Assembly (NCBI GenBank): GCA_951406725.2
Contig: OX597824.1
Span: 10,912,001-10,976,000 of the forward strand
Reading direction: 5' to 3'
Source: Octopus vulgaris
Taxonomy: Eukaryota
DNA: 64,000 nucleotides
In this document: positions 38,597 through 53,567 of the stretch, piece after piece
Layout of the letters: each line of letters opens with the position of its first letter
Numbering within the stretch: position 1 is the first letter of the stretch
Notes under the pieces: model-generated
Seen by the model: only the letters and a program-made list of their open reading frames with translations
Told to the model about the DNA's origin: nothing
Databases searched by the model: none
Made by a program: the position numbers and the translations under genes

Positions 38597-38817
38597 CCCT
38601 TTCATTACCATATTTATTTTGAGATGCTCTGCGTTTCTTTCAATTATTTTAAATATAACAAAGAATTTAGTAAAATAACTTAGTTATCATTCAGCTAGGT
38701 TTAGGAACATAAATTGTGACTAAGGTTTGGTGGAAGATTTTAATTCAAAACTTATCAAAACAAGACATTGGTACTACAGAGCCAGAGGCGGTTTCAGCCG
38801 GGTTGGTAATGAAAGGG
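38597..38817. mobile_element. piggyBac-like MITE (TTAA TSD, CCC...GGG ends)
   Basis: ttaa-ccctttcattacca...tggtaatgaaaggg-ttaa; interrupts a family 4 SINE. Confidence 0.85.
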
Positions 38818-39145
38818 TTAACCTTTCATTCTTTCAAGTTCAATAAGAGAATGTATCAGTCAAGTACTGGGGGGGTCGGGGTCGATGTAACCAACTTACA
38901 TTCAAAAACACAGTATTAAAAGTAAGGAGACTTTGCAGCCTATTAGTATGTATTTTAGACACCCACTGATTTTAATCTCGATTTTGATAGGAAAAAAAAA
39001 AGTGCATTATTTTTGGAATATATATTAATATGCTGAGGTCATAAAAAAAAAACTATTGCAAAATATAAACTGTGTAATACAGTTTGATAAAAAGAAAAAC
39101 ATTTTAAGTGTTTAATAAAATGAATTTAGAGGGAAAGTAACTGAC

Positions 39146-39238
39146 CACACAGTTGATGCCAAACTTATGTCCATGAAACTGGGCGATTTGAACCTTCTCT
39201 TCAACATCCCAGACTCTGACTGCAGGCTGATGACCACT
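39146..39238 (-). CDS. WDR62/MAPKBP1: WDR62/MAPKBP1 exon B: [31 protein letters not shown]
   Basis: 93 nt, tttctttcAG acceptor and GTCAGT donor, phase 0/0. Continues GE|SGHxPAVRVWD, the family-typical WD motif. Confidence 0.95.
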
Positions 39239-42106
39239 CTGAAAGAAACAGAAAGGAACATTATTTGTATGCTAATATATGCAGCTGAAAATCTTGTTTA
39301 AGGATTATTTAATTAATAACACAAAAATTAGAAATAGGAAGGATTTTTTTTTTTACCCTTATTCTCTCCCTATCCACCTTCTTGGTTCTTAATACCTCAT
39401 TTCCACTATCCTTTCTCTCTTTCCTGCCAGGGTAGCCAAGTATTATCTCTACAGCAAGACACTGGTTTTCTTCCTCTATCATGCTTTGGCTTCTCTACAC
39501 CAGGCACAAAGTCACTCTATTCAATTCCAAACCTCAACTCTTTCAAGGGGTTTGAAGTTACTTGGTGATATTACAGGTGCTAGTGCCATGTAAAAAGCAC
39601 CCAGTACACTCTTTATAGTGGTTAGTATTAGGAAGAGCATCCAGCCATAGAAATCTCTCAAAGCAAACATTAGAGATTAATACAGGCCTCATATCCTGTC
39701 AAATATCCAAACTAAGCCACCATAGAATACGGATATTAAAAGATCAGATATATATATATATATATCTCATCATCATCATTTAACATCTGTTTTCCATGCT
39801 GGCATGGGTTGGATGGCTTCACAGGAACTGGCATATCAAAAAATTGCACGAACCCCTGCTTTCTGCTCCGGCAGCATTTCCTACAACTGAATGCCCTTCC
39901 TAATGCCAACCACTATAGAGTGAACTGGATGCTTTTTATGTGGCACCAGCAACAATGAGGTCACCAAGCAACTTGCAAGACAAGACTCTCAACTGAGAGA
40001 GAAAAAGGAGTCTTGTATTAAAAGAAAGACATGGCTTCCTCAAATGGAGTGGTGGTGTATGACATACACACACAAAGAGGAAGAACAGTGCCCATGGCTT
40101 TTGCAAGACTCTCTCAGACTGGTCCCAACCAGCACAGGATGGGAACCATGAAACACACTTTGCATTCTTGTAACAGAATAAATTCTGTTAAGTGTACCCA
40201 AAAACCAAATGATAGTTTTAAATCAGGCAGCAATATCCCTGACTGGATATTCAGTCATAAAAGCAAATTCTGGTACATATGGTAGGAGTAAGACAACATT
40301 TGAGATTTGACAGATGCATTTAAGCAATAGAAGAAAGAATTATAATAATTAATTTAATTGATAATAACCACCAATTTAAGTGACTCAAAGTGAACTAAAG
40401 TAAAAACAATCAGGTATATTTATCAACTTTATTTGATAGCCAACAAGGTGGAACCAGTAAGAGACTAAGATACATTACATTACACAGCAGGACAAAACTG
40501 ATGACCAGACCCCAAATGTTAGCCCTTTGCTTGTCCTATGTATCACATGTGAAACACGTTGCATATTTGCCTGTTGTCCGTGCATCATATAAGATGCACA
40601 TTCCCAAATGTTTCCAACTACCAGAGTAACTTGGGATTTATGAAAGTAAAGCTTTATATTACTTGGAATATATGAAACAAAGGCCAACTAAAAGTTTGTG
40701 AACAAGCATGAATGTTTAGAACAAACTTATGAAAATGTTTCAGACAGGTAAAGAGTTAATTAAGCCGGCGAGCTGGCAGAATCGTTAGCACGGCGGGCGA
40801 AATGCTCAGCGGTATTTCGTCTGCCACAGCGTTCTGAGTTCAAATTCCGCCAAGGTCAACTTTGCCTTTCATCCTTTCGGGGTCGATAAATTAAGTACCA
40901 ATTACACACTGGGGTCAATGTAATCGACTTAATCTGTTTGTCTGTCCTTGTTTGTCCCCTCTGTGTTTAGCCCCTTGTGGTAGTAAAGAAATAAGCGAAA
41001 GTGTTAAATCGGGCAGCATTATCTCTGACTTACAAAAGCAAATTCTGGTACCTACAGTGGACATTCCCAAATGTTTCCAACGACCAGAGTAACTTGAGAC
41101 TTATGAAAGAAAAGCTTTATATTACTCAGAACATATGAAGCAGAACATATGGCATACACTCTCGGAGTGGTTGGCATTAGGAGGGGCATACACTATCGGA
41201 GTGGTTGGCATTAGGAAGGGCATCCAGCTGTAGAAACTCTGCCAGATCAGATCGGAGTCTGGTTCGCCAGACCTCAGTCAAATCGTCCAACCCATGCTAG
41301 CATGGAAAGCGGACGTTAAATGATGATGATGATATGAAACCAGGGCCAGCTAAAAGTTTGTGAACAAGCATGAATGTTTAGAACAAACTAATGAAAATGT
41401 TTCAGACAGGTAAAGAGTTAAACAACCACTCAACAGGCCAGCTCATGCACTAGTGTGGAAGACAGGCATAAAAAATGAAGACGATAAATCAACATAGGGT
41501 TAAAAAATTTCTCTAACTAGATAGCCATCAGGCTATAATAGTTAATTAGGAAGGCGTCTGGCACAGAGTGGTACTGCAATTTTAGATATTCACAAGAATC
41601 ACTAGAGAAGGCATTTCTGTAACTGGAAGTTCTTCAGAACACTCAACATTTAAGTGCTAAGTGAGAGTGCTGTCTCATTCCCATCCAAGAAGACTGAAGT
41701 AAATAAAGGCTGAAGACTGTGTTTTCAAATTACGAACATACAGAGCAGAGATATTTAAATATTAAACTTGACATGCTTGCCAAAAGTTTAGCTATAAATA
41801 CTTTATCTGTTCTCACAAACAAAGAGATATATATATAAACACAGTAAGACACCTATTTATATGTACATCATATGCACACAAACACACATGAATATAAATA
41901 TCACACACACACACACACACATATATATACACATACGTATCAGTGATAATATGCAGCCTAGTCAAAATGTCTAGTACACTGATGGAGTAGAAACAGTGTT
42001 GTCACATTAGCATTCTGTGTATTTGCATGTAAAATATTCGTAAAGATCATCAAGGGTGTGGTTGAACTGGGATATAGAACACTTCTTCCTAAAGAAATAT
42101 TACACA

Positions 42107-42493
42107 GATATATATATATATAAAGCTGAAGTTGTCTGTGTATGGCAGGTTTGGTAGCCTTCAACTAACACTATATCCTCCGAGACCCTGCAGCGCAAGT
42201 TGACCAAAATTGAGAGTATGGTAGAAGAAGGCTTGCTCTTCCTTCCGTAGAAGAAAAAATTCAAATTGGACCATGTTAACACAAAAAATTATTTACACCA
42301 AAAAGGTGCTTTTTTTCTATGAAAGTCCCTATTTTTTACGATTTTTTTACTGCTGTGTCGCCATTTTTCAGTGTATTTCAACCAGAAAAATGTTCACTTA
42401 AAGAGAATAACAAGCTACATGATGCAAAATTTTTACTTTTCAAAAATTCCAATTCTAAAGGGTCGAAACAAACCCGAGCAACGCCGGGTGATA

Positions 42494-42498
<5 letters not shown>
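42107..42498 (+). mobile_element. Non-autonomous Helitron, copy 3
   Basis: Collinear with 7788-8188; hairpin cccgagcaacgccggg; ends eroded into (TA)n. Confidence 0.8.
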
Positions 42499-42555
<57 letters not shown>

Positions 42556-42927
42556 GTAGTGCATGGCAGAATTTGTAGAGCTTCAGATGAAATGCCTTTT
42601 GGTATTTGGTTACGGCTAAAGTCAAATCCTTTCCAAATCAACTTTACCTAGATTTCTTCTGAAGTTGATAAAATAAATACCAGTTAAGTACAGAAGGTCA
42701 ATATAACAGTCTGTACTCGTTTAAGATGATGGTCACAGTTCAGTAACTGAAACTAGTTGTGAGGGAGAAAGACAAGGACAGAGGGAATATGTGCACATGT
42801 CTAACAAGCAAACAGGTAAATAAACATCATGTTATTTGTTGATGACAAGATAGGGCACCCTCAACTCACCAAGTGTGTTGATGTGGGTGTTCTGCAGATG
42901 TATCATAAGCTAATAAAAGTGGGAGTT

Positions 42928-43262
42928 GAGACCCCCTTCAGTCATGACTGACCATGGGATTGCACGTAGAAAGTTTCCCTCCCAGGCACAAGTCCGGGCA
43001 AGGTTGTTTATGGAAGACTAGCAGTCACCCATTCATACCGGCCTCCCATCTCCATGCCACCAGTGTTATCCAAGGGAAAGGCAAAGGGGCCGATACAGCT
43101 TGACACCTGTGACGTCGCAACTCATTTCTACAGCTGAGTGAACTGGAGCAACGTGAAATATAGCGTCTTGCTCCAGGACACAACACGCAGCCTGGTCCGG
43201 GATCCGAACTCACAACCTCACGATCGTAAGCTCGACGCTCTAACCACTGAGCCATGCGCCTT
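42928..43262 (-). mobile_element. tRNA-derived SINE with RTE-like 3' tail
   Basis: Minus-strand head ggcgcatggctcagtggttagagcg; body shared with 2975-3232; tail cccatggtcagtcatgactgaa. Confidence 0.8.
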
Positions 43263-44531
43263 CATGTAAGTGGGAGTAACTACCATCAAGTAGCAGAAAG
43301 GGTAAATGCCATCAGGCTGAAGGAAGGAGTCCACTACATCAAACCATCAAACTGTAAAAAGGACCAACATTATTCAGAGAGCAGAACACACAGCAATAAT
43401 AACAAAGCATCGTTGTTTTTTGTCACTGCTGCGTTGTTAAAACCTGAATATTTCATTTGAAACAATCCAGTGTTACATTTAGTAATTCCTACAAATGCAA
43501 TTCTGTGGAACATAAAATGGTGCAGACAGTATCTATTTATAGCATGAAGTCACACATGCTTTCGCACGAATTTATTTTGATAAAACCAAAAATAAAACAG
43601 TACCTCATTGCTAACAATGTTGATTTTATTTATTTATTTATCTATTTATATTTATTATTATTTCATATCAAAACAACATGAGCAAAATTTTGCTGTATTT
43701 AGTTGGACATTGATCAATGCATAGTGTTTAAAAAGACAATGGTGATCATCGTTTGTAAGCTTTATGCAACAGATATCAATAGTTGAACTAGTAACATAAA
43801 TTCACATCTTTCATACATATTTATGAAATATAATGAACATTCAATCATTATTATTGTATTGTCCTGTACCATCCCCAACATCTTTTGTGCACCCTTAGCA
43901 GTTAATAAAAACATTATTATATTAAAGCAACAAGCCGGTAGCAGCAGAAAAAATTCTTAGCAGCACTTCATCTATCATTACATTCCAAGTTCAAATGCTG
44001 CCAAGATCAACTTTGCCTTACATCCTTTCGGAGTTGATAAAATAAGTAACGGTTGAGCACTGGAGTCGATCTAGATGTGATCAACTAGCTGCCTCTCCCC
44101 TAAAATATCAGGCTTTGTGCCTATAGTAGAAAGGATTATTATTATTATTATTATACAAAGATGTAACTTTATTACAGTGATCTACAATCTTCCTCCTACA
44201 TCAGTTAGCTTGGACAATAGACATAACATACTTTTCATGCACTTGGCTGGAGAAAAAAGGATAGCATTTAGTTCCCATGTGTAATGTAAACCCCTAACAT
44301 TTGGAAGAGGGGCATATAAAATTTGAAAAAAATATGCTATGAGTGTGTGTGTATGTTGTTATATATATAGGCACAGAAATGGCTGGGTGGTATGAAGTTT
44401 GCTTCCCAACCACATGGTCCCAGGTTCAGTCCCTCTGCATGGTACTTTAGGCAAGTGTCTCTCTCTTTATAACCTCAGGCCAACCAAAGCCTTGTGAATG
44501 GATATTGTGGACAGAAACTGGAAGAATCCTG

Positions 44532-44640
<109 letters not shown>

Positions 44641-46840
44641 CATGTATCTTTATGTCTGTCACCCACCACTAATTGATAACTGGTGTTGGTGTATTTATGT
44701 CCCCATAACTTAGCAGTTCACCAAAAAGGAACCGATTAAAATAAGTACCAGGCTTTAAAAAAAAAAGTACTGGAGTTGATTCATTCACCTAAAAAAAAAT
44801 TCAAGACAGTGCCCAAATATGGCTGCAGTCTAATGACTGAAACCAGTAAAAGGTACTATTGTGTTGGTACATAATTAACAACTGTTTTATTTTATTTAGG
44901 TGTTTTATTTTTTTTTAATTTATAATAAAAAAAAAAAACAGTCATTAATTATGCACCTACCTAATGATTATATACCCAAACATCCAATTTTTTGATTCTA
45001 TATACACTTCCAACATCATGAATATATTTACACATCCAATATTATTATATACACATAGACAATATTGTGATTGTACACATGGACAATGTTGTTATGCTGT
45101 TATCACTGCAACACTTAGGAATTTACTATGATACAGTTGGTACCATCTTTCATCATCATCATCATTTCACATCCATTTTCCATGCTGGCACGGGTTGGAC
45201 AGTTTGACTGAGGTCTGGAAAACCAGCAGCTGCACCAGGCTCCAGTCTGATGTGGCGGTGTTTCTACAACTGGATGCCCTTCCTAACGCCAACCATTCCG
45301 AGAGTGTTGTGGGTGCGTTTTACGTGCCACCGGCACAGGAGCCAGTCAGGCAGCCCTGGCATTGATCACATTCAGATAGTGCTTTATATATATGTACCAC
45401 CAGCCATCACAACAGTTAATCTTCTGCTGACATACAACAACCAATAATACTTATTACCATCACGATTTAAGACAAAAACCCGAAACTAATACGGGATGGA
45501 CAACCGCAACGGTGTAATAGCTGTAGCGCTGACTTCCCACACATCACAGGTATCAAGTTGGTAATATTATAGCCATTATGTTACTTCAGTAAAATACTCG
45601 CCTCTGTCATATACTTATAATGACGATGCATCATCTTGGTGACTTATGCCATGACAAGCTATCTTGTTACATTGCACACCTGACTTTTGATCACACAGTT
45701 GCCACTCTTTAGCATTCTGTCAAATGTAATGCATATTTATTCACATTGGTTTGAATTGAATTATTCATGCAGTCATGTAGCTTCAATATTTCAATGCTGA
45801 GATTGTTCATTTTTAGAATAACATTATAGGGTAGGTGTTAGATGCTAGTTCTGGCTGGTTTCAGTATAAAAACAGGTGGAATATTTGAATTGGATATGGC
45901 TGAGTTAAATACTAAAGAGTTATTAAACGAAGTTAACCCGGGGTAAACAATAATAAAGAGGAATAGACATCATCAGATAGTAGAAGGCGTGGTGGCAGAA
46001 ACGTTAGCATGCCAGGCGAAATGCTTAGCGGTATTTCGTCTGCTGCTACGTTCTGAGTTCAAATTCCGCCAAGGTCTATTATGCCTTTCATCCTTTCGGG
46101 GTTGATTGAATAAGTACCAGTTACGCACTGGGGTCGATGTAATTGACTTATTCCGTTTGTCTGTCCTTGTTTGTCTCCTCTGTGTTTAGCCCCTTGTGGG
46201 TAGTAAAGAAATAGGTATTTTGTCTGCTGCTATGTTCTGAGTTCAAATTCCACCGAAGTCGACTATGCCTTTCATCTTTTCAGGGTCGATTAAATAAGTA
46301 CCAGTTGCGCACTGGGGTAAATATAATAGACTTAATCTGTTTGTTTGTCCTTGCTTGTCCCCTCTGCATGTAGCCCCTTGTGGGCAGTAAAGAAATAAGA
46401 AGGTATTGACTGCCTATTGGATTGTAGGAAGGAGTAATTAGCATCTGACTACAAAAAGGAGTAACTTATTATTGGATTTTAGAAAAGTCTAGAAATGCCA
46501 TCTTAGGGAGATACCCATCTGACATGAAGTGTTTGAATTATAAAGATGCATTCTCATTGTCTATAACAATTCCACAGATGAGAAACAAACGAAAGGACTG
46601 AGGAGAAGTACGTAAGAGGATGTGTGTAATTAATATACAAAATACTCAGTTGAATATTTAATAAACTAAATACATGTATAATTAGGTCTCACATATGTAA
46701 TAGAAAATAAAACTCTAATCAACTGAGATTATTCATGTAATTAATTAGTAAACAAAATCTCACTCTGGTGGGGGTGGAGTTTAAAATAAATTTTAAAACA
46801 GCGATGAGTCAAAACATGTCCACTACTACTACTAACCATT

Positions 46841-47455
46841 TATTAGGTTGTCCAGAAAGTTCTGAGCGGTTCTTAATATGCAAAAAGGGATATAAATAAT
46901 TGACCTTTCAATAAATTTTATTCAATGAAATAATTTCCATTATTATTAATAATGACCTTTACCCATCTATCAGGCAATTTAAATATTCTATCAGCATAAA
47001 ATTTGACTTGTTTTAAAGAAAAAAGTTATCTAGATGCATTTTGACTCCATCTTAAATCATCAACTCTTTTTCCTTGCAACGAGTTCTGTAGAGTCAAAAA
47101 CAAGTGGTCATCGGTTGGCGCAATATCAGGAGAATATGGTAGATGGAGTAAGAGATCCCAGCCAAGTTCATATAACTTTGTTTAGGTAGCCAAAGACACA
47201 TGATCAGGCATTATCTTGTTTGGAATACTACTCCTTTCCTGTTGGTAATCTCTGGCCACAATTCTTCGATTTTTTTGGTTCAAATTAGCCAGCTGACCAC
47301 AGTACACATCAGAATTAATGAACTGGTTTTGAGGGAGAAGCTCATAATAAATAATGCCCTTATGTTCCCACCAGACACAAAGCATAACTTTTTTGGTTGC
47401 TGTTTTGGGGGATCTTTAGGCAAACTTCAGGATCTTTTTCACACTACATTTTCAT
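46841..47455 (-). mobile_element. Mariner transposon fossil (3' part of transposase plus one TIR)
   Basis: Minus-strand peptides MLCVWWEHKGIIYYELLPQNQFINSDVYCGQL and GWDLLLHLPYSPDIAPTDDHLF (YSPDLAP motif), frameshifted; terminus tattaggttgtcc. Confidence 0.88.
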
Positions 47456-48586
47456 GTGGCACCTTGATTTTAGGGTTTCGATTCTGTTGTGGCAAGCAGG
47501 TCTTCTTGAGTACAGCAACGTGCCACATGTCTGTCCTCTGTCACCTCTGTAAGGCTCAGCGTTTTGAGATCAGCCTTCCTTACTTCATTCCATGTCTTCC
47601 TGGGCCTCCCTCTTCCATAACTTCCCTTCACATTGTTTTGGCTTAATCATGTATTATCTCATAGCTTTGAGATTTCAATGATGTGATTGTTTACTTTTAG
47701 AATGACATGGTAGGTAAGTGTAAGAGGCCAGACCCGGTCAGTTTTAATATAAAACAGGAGAATATTTTGACTAGATTAAGGTCAGTTTAAATGCTAGAGG
47801 ATAATAGTTACCAGATTTGATGGCATATACTATGCACTTTGTTTCCTCCCACCAAAAATGCTTCAAAAATCAACTCAGGACATAACATATAAAGTTGGAC
47901 CTATATTATATGCTTCAATGCAGTAAGAACATTTTTTTCTGAATACGTGCTGCTGAAATTTGGACACATCTAATAGGCCTGTGTGTCTTTTAAGGCATCA
48001 AATATGGTAATAACTAAAACAACAGTTTTATAAAACCTTATACTTATTGCAATAAATTTTCCATTTAACTTCAGAATAAATGTTTAAATACTATTAGCTG
48101 TTGATACATACTCTGCAGAGGAAAGCAGGGAATATGGCAACATTACAGTGGCAAGTCGAGATGTAAATATAAACACAAGAAACATTAAGTGATGAATTAA
48201 AACTGCAAAAAGTGGAGGAAGGGAGTAAGTTCAGAATGTAAAATAAATTACTAGAAATGCTGTACCATGTAAGCAAGCAAGCTAATGTTGTAACGAATGT
48301 TTAGGAGCATGTCTGTAAGTTTACAGTAATATTGCAGTTAATTGGTTCAGAACGACTTCAGCAGCAGGCAGTGCATTCGGGTAACATAGAAAAGCTGGTA
48401 GAAATAATAGCTATTATTTTGCCATCTTGGTATGAAGTAATACCAGATGACAAACTTTCCCTGAATTGAACAGGATTCTGTTATTCCTACCCTCCTTAGA
48501 TCAGTACTAATGAGCAAGGATTACATTGCTCAGGCTACCTAAATGTAAACAGGCACCAACTGGCAGTCATACTTCAGTACTTTAAC

Positions 48587-49025
48587 CCTTTCAATACCAA
48601 CCCAGCTGAAACCACCTCTGGCTCTGTAGTACAAATGTCTTGTTTTCATAAGTTTTGAATTAAAATCTTCCACCAAACCTTAGTCACAATTTATGTTCCT
48701 AACACTAGCTGAATGATAACTAAGTTATTTTACTAAATACGCTGTTATATTTAAATTTAACTGAAAGAAACACAGAGCATCTCAACAGAAATACGGTAAC
48801 GAAAGGGTTAACCCTTTAGCATTTAAACCAGCCATATCAGGCCAAAATATTCTACTTGTTTTATGCTCAACCTGGCCAAATCCACCCTCTCACACCTACC
48901 CTACATTCTAAAACTAAACAGTCACATCATCAAAGTCTCAAAGCCACATGTTAATACATGGTTAATTCAAAACAATGAATAAATAAGTATTATATCTGAC
49001 AGAGTAATCTGAATGCTAAAGGCAT
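48587..49025. mobile_element. Two abutting piggyBac-like MITEs sharing a TTAA
   Basis: ttaaccctttcaatacc...aacgaaagggTTAAccctttagcattt...gaatgctaaagg. Confidence 0.75.
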
Positions 49026-49934
49026 AACCAATAGAACACTGCATTAAATAAGATATTAGACGTACCCCAATTTCAAAAGTACATATTTAGGAAAAAAAGG
49101 TTTTATTGCCTTAAAGTGTGTAATATAGGTCCAACTTCACATATAGGACCCAGTGCGATTCTGAGATTTGCTTTGATTTCTTTTCATTTTTGTGGGGAAT
49201 ATGGTAATTCCTCCTGTAGGTACAAACAATCTCACTAAGTTCAGCAAGTTACCGTGTTCAATTGAACACTGTAAGAGCTATTTAGTATTTCCTCCTTTTT
49301 AATACAAGAATCCAATTCCATTTCAGGACCAATAGTAAATCAACAACTGTCTCCTCATAGCACCAACATCAATTCAACAATTATTTTTTTACACAACCAA
49401 TAACAAGTCAACCAATATCATCATACTTGAAAATAAAACTTAACTCAAACCTTTTTTCACTTTTTTTTTTTTGAATCTAAGCCTTGCAGTCGATGGGTGA
49501 TATATGCATACAACTTTACCCTGGAAGTTTAGTATAATTAATTAACAATTATTTTCATAACCTTAATCAATTAAGATTTTCATAAAAATGTCTAATGAGT
49601 AAAATAATATTTCCTCACAGATTTTCAATGTTTCTCAACATTAAAACAGAGCTATTCTTTACTGACCCAGGTTTGACAGAAAATACAGATTATTACCCCT
49701 TCACCCAACTTCCAGATGAGGTGTGTACTAGTAATTATAATAGAACATAGTCACAACAGTATTACTACAAAAATTGAAATAGTAATCAACCTACATCATA
49801 CCCTCTCCACATGACTCTACATGTTACACTCTTTGTACATCCCTACATCTTACCCTGTTCAGGTACCCCTACACCTTACCTAGTATTAGTACCTTTATAC
49901 CTGACACCCTATCTACCCTTTAGACTGTCTAGAT

Positions 49935-50125
49935 CAGTGGTTCTCAACCTTTGTTAATATCTGAGCCAGATCCCAAACCTCGAATTTTTTAGGGGGCCAC
50001 ACCAAAAAAGTAAAAAGCACAAGTCAAAGAAAAATTCATATTTGTAGGGGAAAGACCATCAAGGGCCACCAAGAATATGCTTGAGGGTTGCATATGGCCC
50101 ACTGGGCCACAACTGAAAACCACCA
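49935..50125. mobile_element. hAT/Charlie-like MITE
   Basis: cagtggttctcaa left TIR and a degenerate right TIR; TSD gtctagat/ggctagat (NTCTAGAN-type target). Confidence 0.6.
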
Positions 50126-51545
50126 GGCTAGATACTTCTACACTCTAGAACATCCATCTGTAGACTATTCTATTTCACATTACTATAGTTACACTACAAA
50201 GGTAAGCTGGTGTAATGTAATTAAAGCAGTGAACTAAATGTTTGTGAGATCAAATCCGCAGGCAGAATTTTTTTCTGTTGGGTTGTCAAATAATTTCATC
50301 AGGTTTTTGCCTTTTTCTTTTCCAATTATTTTAATTCTTTCCAGTGTTATTTAACATGAAAAATATTTTTACTATAGTGATAAATGGGATAGGTTTTTTG
50401 TTCTTTCTTTTTTTTAGTTCTATTCTTCCTCTACAACTTTTGCTTATTGTTTTTGAAATTTGAATAAATTTTACCTCTTTTCAAACAAATGATGAGGGAG
50501 TGCCAAGAAATAGAATTAAAAAAAAAAAACAACCAAATTTATCTAACAACTTAATATATTATCTCAATTGACCCACATACCATTGCTTTCAATTGAGACT
50601 CTGCTTTGAAATTACGAGGTATGTGGAATTCATTTGTGGCCTCACATTTTCCCACATTAGCCCCATTATATGCAAGTTATCCACTGCCAGGTAGACACCT
50701 TACTTTGACCAAAAGAGAGATGGAGTGAAGAAGAACAGAAGTGTGCAGCCTTATACATACTGTTGTCCAGAAACTCCAAGATTATACCACAATGACTACA
50801 CATCATCAAAACCAATATTCCAGGTAAACTCATCCCCAGGCTATAAATTCTTCATACAAAACACAAAAGAACCCCCTACTGACAGTATAACAGCACTTCT
50901 AAAACCCGAAACTTCCTCTCCCCCACGAACACTTCCTCCTCCCCGTTAGTCTCGTGCCACCCATTAACCTACCTAACCTTCCATCTTTCTCCCATTTGAT
51001 GTCTTACCGCCGCCCCACATTCAACCAATGATCGGTGAAGAAAGGTTTCCCTCAATGTTAATCTCATTAACTTCCCTTCCTTACATCCCGTCCTAAAGTA
51101 AATATCATAAAGAGACTTTCAAGATTCTTGTAGATTCTTCAAAGATTCTTCAACTTCTCTCTCCCTACTTGCTTCACTTACCCGATGATGGCACCCTATA
51201 AAAGCTGACAAATATATCACAAGTTTGGAATTCCCTGTAAAGACAAGGTAAGGGATGAAAGAAAGGTGAAGGAGAAAAAAAAAGGAGATCCATATGTTAG
51301 CAATTAGCTGTTTTACACCTTCCACTCGGTATTTTCTGCTCCATTTATAGGCAGACTAATTCAAAAGTCACTGACTTATCTCATGCCCTTAAAATCTCTT
51401 AGTTAAAAGTTTCCAGAAGAAATAAATGAAAAGGGAAAAAAGTGTTAACACGTGTATGTGCATGACAGTGTGTATAGTACATACATACCTATACATATGC
51501 ATAAGAATGTATGTGTAAAAAACTGCATGCATTTCTCTTTAAGTA

Positions 51546-51589
<44 letters not shown>

Positions 51590-51955
51590 ACACAACATAT
51601 ACATATGTACAAACACAAAATTACAGAGTGTTTGTGAAGATATACAAAACATAAGTGAAATAAAGTGGGCACTAACTGTTTAGAAAAAAAATGGAAATAC
51701 ACCTTCAAATACAAATGCATGCAACCAAACACAGAGACACAAAAAAAAAGAAAAAAGCTCATATACACATCTGTCCATCCACAATCACACATATACTCCC
51801 ACAGAATTAACTTAACCCAATCAAATGTGTTTGTTATGAATCCAAATAATATGTTATATATATATGCCATTTTCCATGCTGGCATGGGTTGGACAGTTTG
51901 ACTGAGGGCTGGCGAACCCCAGAAGGCTGCACCAGCCTGCAACCTGAGGCAGGGG

Positions 51956-52256
51956 GGAGGGGCGCAATGGCCCAGTGGTTAGGGCAGCAGACTCGCGGTC
52001 ATAGGATCGCGGTTTCCATTCCCAGACCGGGCATTGTGAGTGCTTATTGAGCGAAAACACTTAAAGCTCCACGAGGTTCCAGCAGGGGGTGGTGGCGATC
52101 CCTGCTGTACTCTTTCGCCACAACTTTCTCTCACTCTTTCTTCTGTTGGCCTGCTCGCTTAGCCAGTGGGGTGGCGTCATTTGAAGGCTAAAACAATGCA
52201 AAGTGCATTGTGACCAGCGATGTGTAGCAACATCTGATAGCCTGGCTGATCACGTG
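51956..52256 (+). mobile_element. tRNA-derived SINE family 3
   Basis: Head gcgcaatggcccagtggttagggcagc; inverted partner at 53265-53567. Confidence 0.85.
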
Positions 52257-52942
52257 ATATATATATATATATATACACACGCACACACACACATATATAT
52301 ATATATATATAAGGTGCAGGCATGGGTGTGTGGTAAGAGGTTTGCTTCCCAGCCATATGGTTCCAGGTTCAGTCTCACTGTATGGCACCTTGGGTGAGTG
52401 TCTTCTATACCCTCGAGCAGACCAAAGCCTTGTGAATGGATTCAGTAGATGGAAACTGAAAGAAGCTCATTGTGTGTGTGTCCACCACCATCACCTCTTG
52501 ACAACTGGTGTTGGTATGTTTACACTCTCTTACCTTCGCAGTTCAGCAAAAGAGACCAATAGAATAAATACTAGGCTTTAAAAGAAAAGTACTGGGTCGA
52601 TTCAGTCAACTAAAGATTCTTTAAGGCAGTGTTCTAGTATGGCTGCAGATTGGAACAAATAAAAGATAGAAGATTATATACACACGCGGCGCGTACATGT
52701 GTGGTAGAGATGTGAGTTTACGAATCAGGCTCCCATTAGTCTTGAGATAAAGAGAATACATAATCTCTTCCATATTATAACAATTAGGATTTATTGCAGT
52801 TTCCTATGAACATCTTCTTAAAGATTAAAGGTACATTATTATTATTATTATTATTATTATTATCATCATCACCACTTCAATAAACAGTCTCAAGTGAAAG
52901 TCTAATTACATGACCTATGTGGAGAGAAGGAGTTTAATACAA

Positions 52943-52974
<32 letters not shown>

Positions 52975-53264
52975 AGCAGAAGGGAAAGAAATGGCTAGCA
53001 GGCAGATAGATATCATCTGTCACTTGGTTTAACATCTACTATTGACCTGCTTGGATGCCCTTAGTAGGGTCCACTCTGCTGCAAACGTTCCAGACAGATC
53101 AATGAACCCAATGACTCAGAGTAACTTTCTCTTTCTTATATGAGTCTTGCAGACCCTACAAAAAGGTCATGATGTTGTTCTTCCTCCTCTAGTTAAACTA
53201 TAAAAAGTACTTTTTTTTAAAAATGTATTTGAGTGTGTGTACATATATGCATTTATGTATACAT

Positions 53265-53567
53265 CACCATGACCAACCACGCTATCAGATGTTGTTACAC
53301 ATCGCTGGTCACAATGTGTTTTGCATTGTTTTAGCCTTCAAATGACGCCACTCCGCTGGCTAAGCAAGCAGGCCAACAGAAGAAAGAATGGGAGAAAGTT
53401 GCGGCAAAAGAGTACAGCAGGGATCACCACTATTCCCTGCCGGAGCCTCATGGAGCTTTAGGTGTTTTTCGCTCAATAAACACTCACAACGCCCAGTCTG
53501 GGAATCGAAACCACGATCCTACGACTGCAAGTCCGCTGCCCTAACCACTGGGCCATTGCGCCTCCAC
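53265..53567 (-). mobile_element. tRNA-derived SINE family 3
   Basis: Reverse complement of 51956-52256. Confidence 0.85.
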
